A stretch of 64,000 bases of DNA from Myxococcota bacterium. GTDB lineage: Bacteria; Myxococcota_A; SURF-8; G963677705. Location: positions 1,900,774-1,964,773 of the forward strand of contig OY782497.1 of the NCBI GenBank assembly GCA_963677705.1. Reading direction: 5' to 3'. The notes beneath the pieces were generated by a model, which was not told where the DNA came from, did no database searches, and saw only the letters and a program-made list of their open reading frames with translations. Numbering within the stretch: position 1 is the stretch's first letter; each line of letters opens with the position of its first letter. The position numbers and the translations under genes are program-made. Positions 43,801 to 46,800 of the stretch are shown piece after piece.

Positions 43801-46800
43801 CACGCTGGTTTCGTTGTCTACAGCGGAAAGTACCAGATCCACGCTGTCCGAGGTAGTCCATTCATCGCCGCTGTTGATGCTTACCGTCCCATTGACCGGG
43901 GAGGCCGTATCCAGACGAATCTGGCCAGTGGAGCTCCAGGCGGAGACGTTGCCCATCGCATCGTATGCACGGACGTGTACGTAGTAGGTCGTGTCGTTGG
44001 CCCAGGTGTCGCTCACCGTCCAGGCATCACTGTTAACATACAAAGTGGTTGCCCCGACAAACGTATTCACCGTGGCCCACTCAACCTGATAGCTGTTACC
44101 ACCTCGAATACCACTACCCGGCGCGGGGTCGGAACTGGCCGACCAGGTCCAGCCGGGGTGACTTGTGCCGGTCCAGTCGGTCGAGCCGTCGTTCCAGCTT
44201 GCCGTCTGCGGCATCCCCGGCGTAGTGGGGGATGTGGTATCCAACTTGATGGTGTCCGAGTTGGCCGGGCTTTGCACGTTGTTCAACGCATCATAGCAAC
44301 GCACATAGACGGTCTTGACACCGTCACTACCGGTCAATCCCCATGATGGAATGCCCGTATGAGTACCATTGATTGTGTACGTAGACCACGTTGTCTGGTC
44401 GTTGCTTACATCCACCGTATTCGCATCGCCACCGGCATCGGTTACGGTCAAATTTACCAAAGTGCTTCCCGTCCATTCATTCCCACTGTTGATCTGTACC
44501 GTACACTCTGGCGGTTCGGTATCAAGAATGATGGTGTCGCTGTAAGGCGATCCAACCGGGCGGGCGTTGCCACCTGCATCACGGGTCCAGTAGTAAATGG
44601 TTTTCAGACCATTGGATGAGGTCATCGTGAAGTTGCGGGTGAAGTATTCCACGGTCTGAGAGTTGCCGTCGTTCCAGGCTTCCCAAGTACAACCGCTACG
44701 ATCCGCATTGGCGCAAACCATGTACTCATACGGTGCCCAGGCACTGGGGGCATCACTCATCTGGAGTTTGATGGAAACCACCGGGTTGCTGGTGGATGCC
44801 GCTCCGTTGTTGATGACAATGCTACCAACCGGTGCAACCTGATCCAACATGATGGTGTCCGTTACCGACGTCACGTTGATTCCGTTTCCGGTTCCGGCAC
44901 AGGTGCTGCTATCCACACAACCGGCACCGTCGGCGAACTGCATACTCACCGAACGGGTTCCACTCACCGAGTTCAGGACATGAGCCGTCGAGCTACCCGT
45001 CACGGTATGCCAGGCACTCCAGGAAGAAGCTCCATCGTTGGCCACACGGTAGTAAATCGGTGTCCAGGGATCGCTGGCGCTATAATTCAACGTTACCGCC
45101 GTGGTGTTGGTATGAGTCGCACCGTTGTTGATGGACATCGTCACCGTCGGGCCACCGACATCCAAAATCACGCTGTCGGCATTGTAGACAGGGCTGGAGG
45201 TGGGAGACGGGTTGGTATTGTTTCCACCATCGCGGAACTGCACATAAACCCACTTCGTTCCAGGCGTATTAATCAAAGCCCAGTTGGAAACCGTCGGGGT
45301 GAAGTTGGTCCATCCCGTTCCGGAACTGAAGTTGGCATAGTTAGAAACCCGCATCTGCAAGGGCTCGCTGGGCGGGAAGTTCCACGGATCGCTGGCCGTG
45401 ATTTTCAGGTTGACGATATTGGTTGAAGTCGCGGTCAAGGTCGTGCCGGAACCATCCACGATGGTTACACCCGTTCCGGTGGGAGCGGCGGTATCCAGAA
45501 TCACCTGATCCGTCGCCGCCGTCGTGGTTCCGTTACCACCGGCATCCGTAGCCCAAACATAGACGTTCTTCGTTCCGTCCCCGCTACCCAGATCCCAGAC
45601 AATAGGTGTGGTAGTACCGGTCAAAGTGTAGTTGTTACAACTGGAGTCGGTCTGGTTATTCACTGCACAGACACGAGCCGTAACCGGGGTCCAGGCTTCG
45701 TTGGCATAGGAAATCTTCAGTTCAATGTTTCGTGTCGCCGAGCGCTTGGTGCCTCCAGCCGCAGAGGCTGTGAACGCCGCCGCGACACTCTGAGGCGCGT
45801 GCTGATCTACCACAATGCTATCGGATGCGGCGGAAGATTGTAGACTGGTTGCATCTTCAACCTGCAAATAGACAGTGCGGGTACAGCCGGGGCTGGCACA
45901 AGCGGAAAGGCTGATTGAGCCGGAAAGCGTCCAGTTGGGCACCCCAGGCGTTGCCGTTGAAACCGTGGTCCAGGTGGTCGGCCAACTGGCATCGGTATCC
46001 CTGCGCAGACGGTATTTGATCGGCGAGGTATATTCCGTCACCGAAGCCGTCCAGGAAACCGTGGTACTGTTGGTTCTGGCCGCATCATTGTTCAGCTTGA
46101 AGGCGGTAATCACCGGGGCGCTGGTGTCCACATAGGTACAGGAACTCAGCACCGCCGCCGTGGTATTACCACCCCCATCGCGGAATTTGGCATACACGCA
46201 ACGGTTGCCGTTACCTGACGTCAGGGTCCAGAAATGACTCTGCCAATAATCCAGAGCTTTCCAGCCGGTCGTAGAGAAACTGGTGGAACTATTGCTCAGG
46301 TTGACTTCAACATTCGTCCAGGTATCGCTAGCCGCACAAGAAACGGTTACGTTGCTGCTGTTGGTGTACGGACGCTGATCGATGGACATGCTGGTCGAGG
46401 TCGGAGCCGTGGTATCCACACGGAAAGCAAACCAAGAGGACCAACCGGAGACATTGGCCGGGCTGGCTTTGTCCACAGCTTGCACACGAATGTTGTAATT
46501 GCCATCAGCCAGGTCTGAGGAGAAGGTATAAGCCTGCGCGGAGCCGTTGTTGTAGCTCACCGTGCTGGGGCAGTTGAAAATCGTTCCGCTGGCATTCTGA
46601 TATTGACATTTGTAGTAGCTGGTACCGGAACCCGTCACCGGGGAGGCCGTCGCGCCTGGATCGTTTCCACCACTGAAATACACGGTGGGACGTTTGGTCG
46701 CATAGGTCAGGCGGCTTTGAGCCGGACTGTTGGTGATAATTGCAAAAGGCGTAGCCGGAGTGGCCGGAGGCGTATTGTCGATACGGATACGGCGCTTTTC

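Noticed and set aside
29449-44346. Very long plus-strand ORFs (1531 aa at 29449-34044, 1601 aa at 34129-38934, 758 aa at 38989-41265, 1015 aa at 41299-44346) lying opposite the giant gene
   Set aside because: They sit entirely antisense to the single 26.6-kb minus-strand ORF, which has coherent repeated protein-domain structure. Their translations are low-complexity and rich in G/R/V/T/H/A, typical of GC-rich shadow frames. They have no recognisable motifs, RBSs or independent boundaries.
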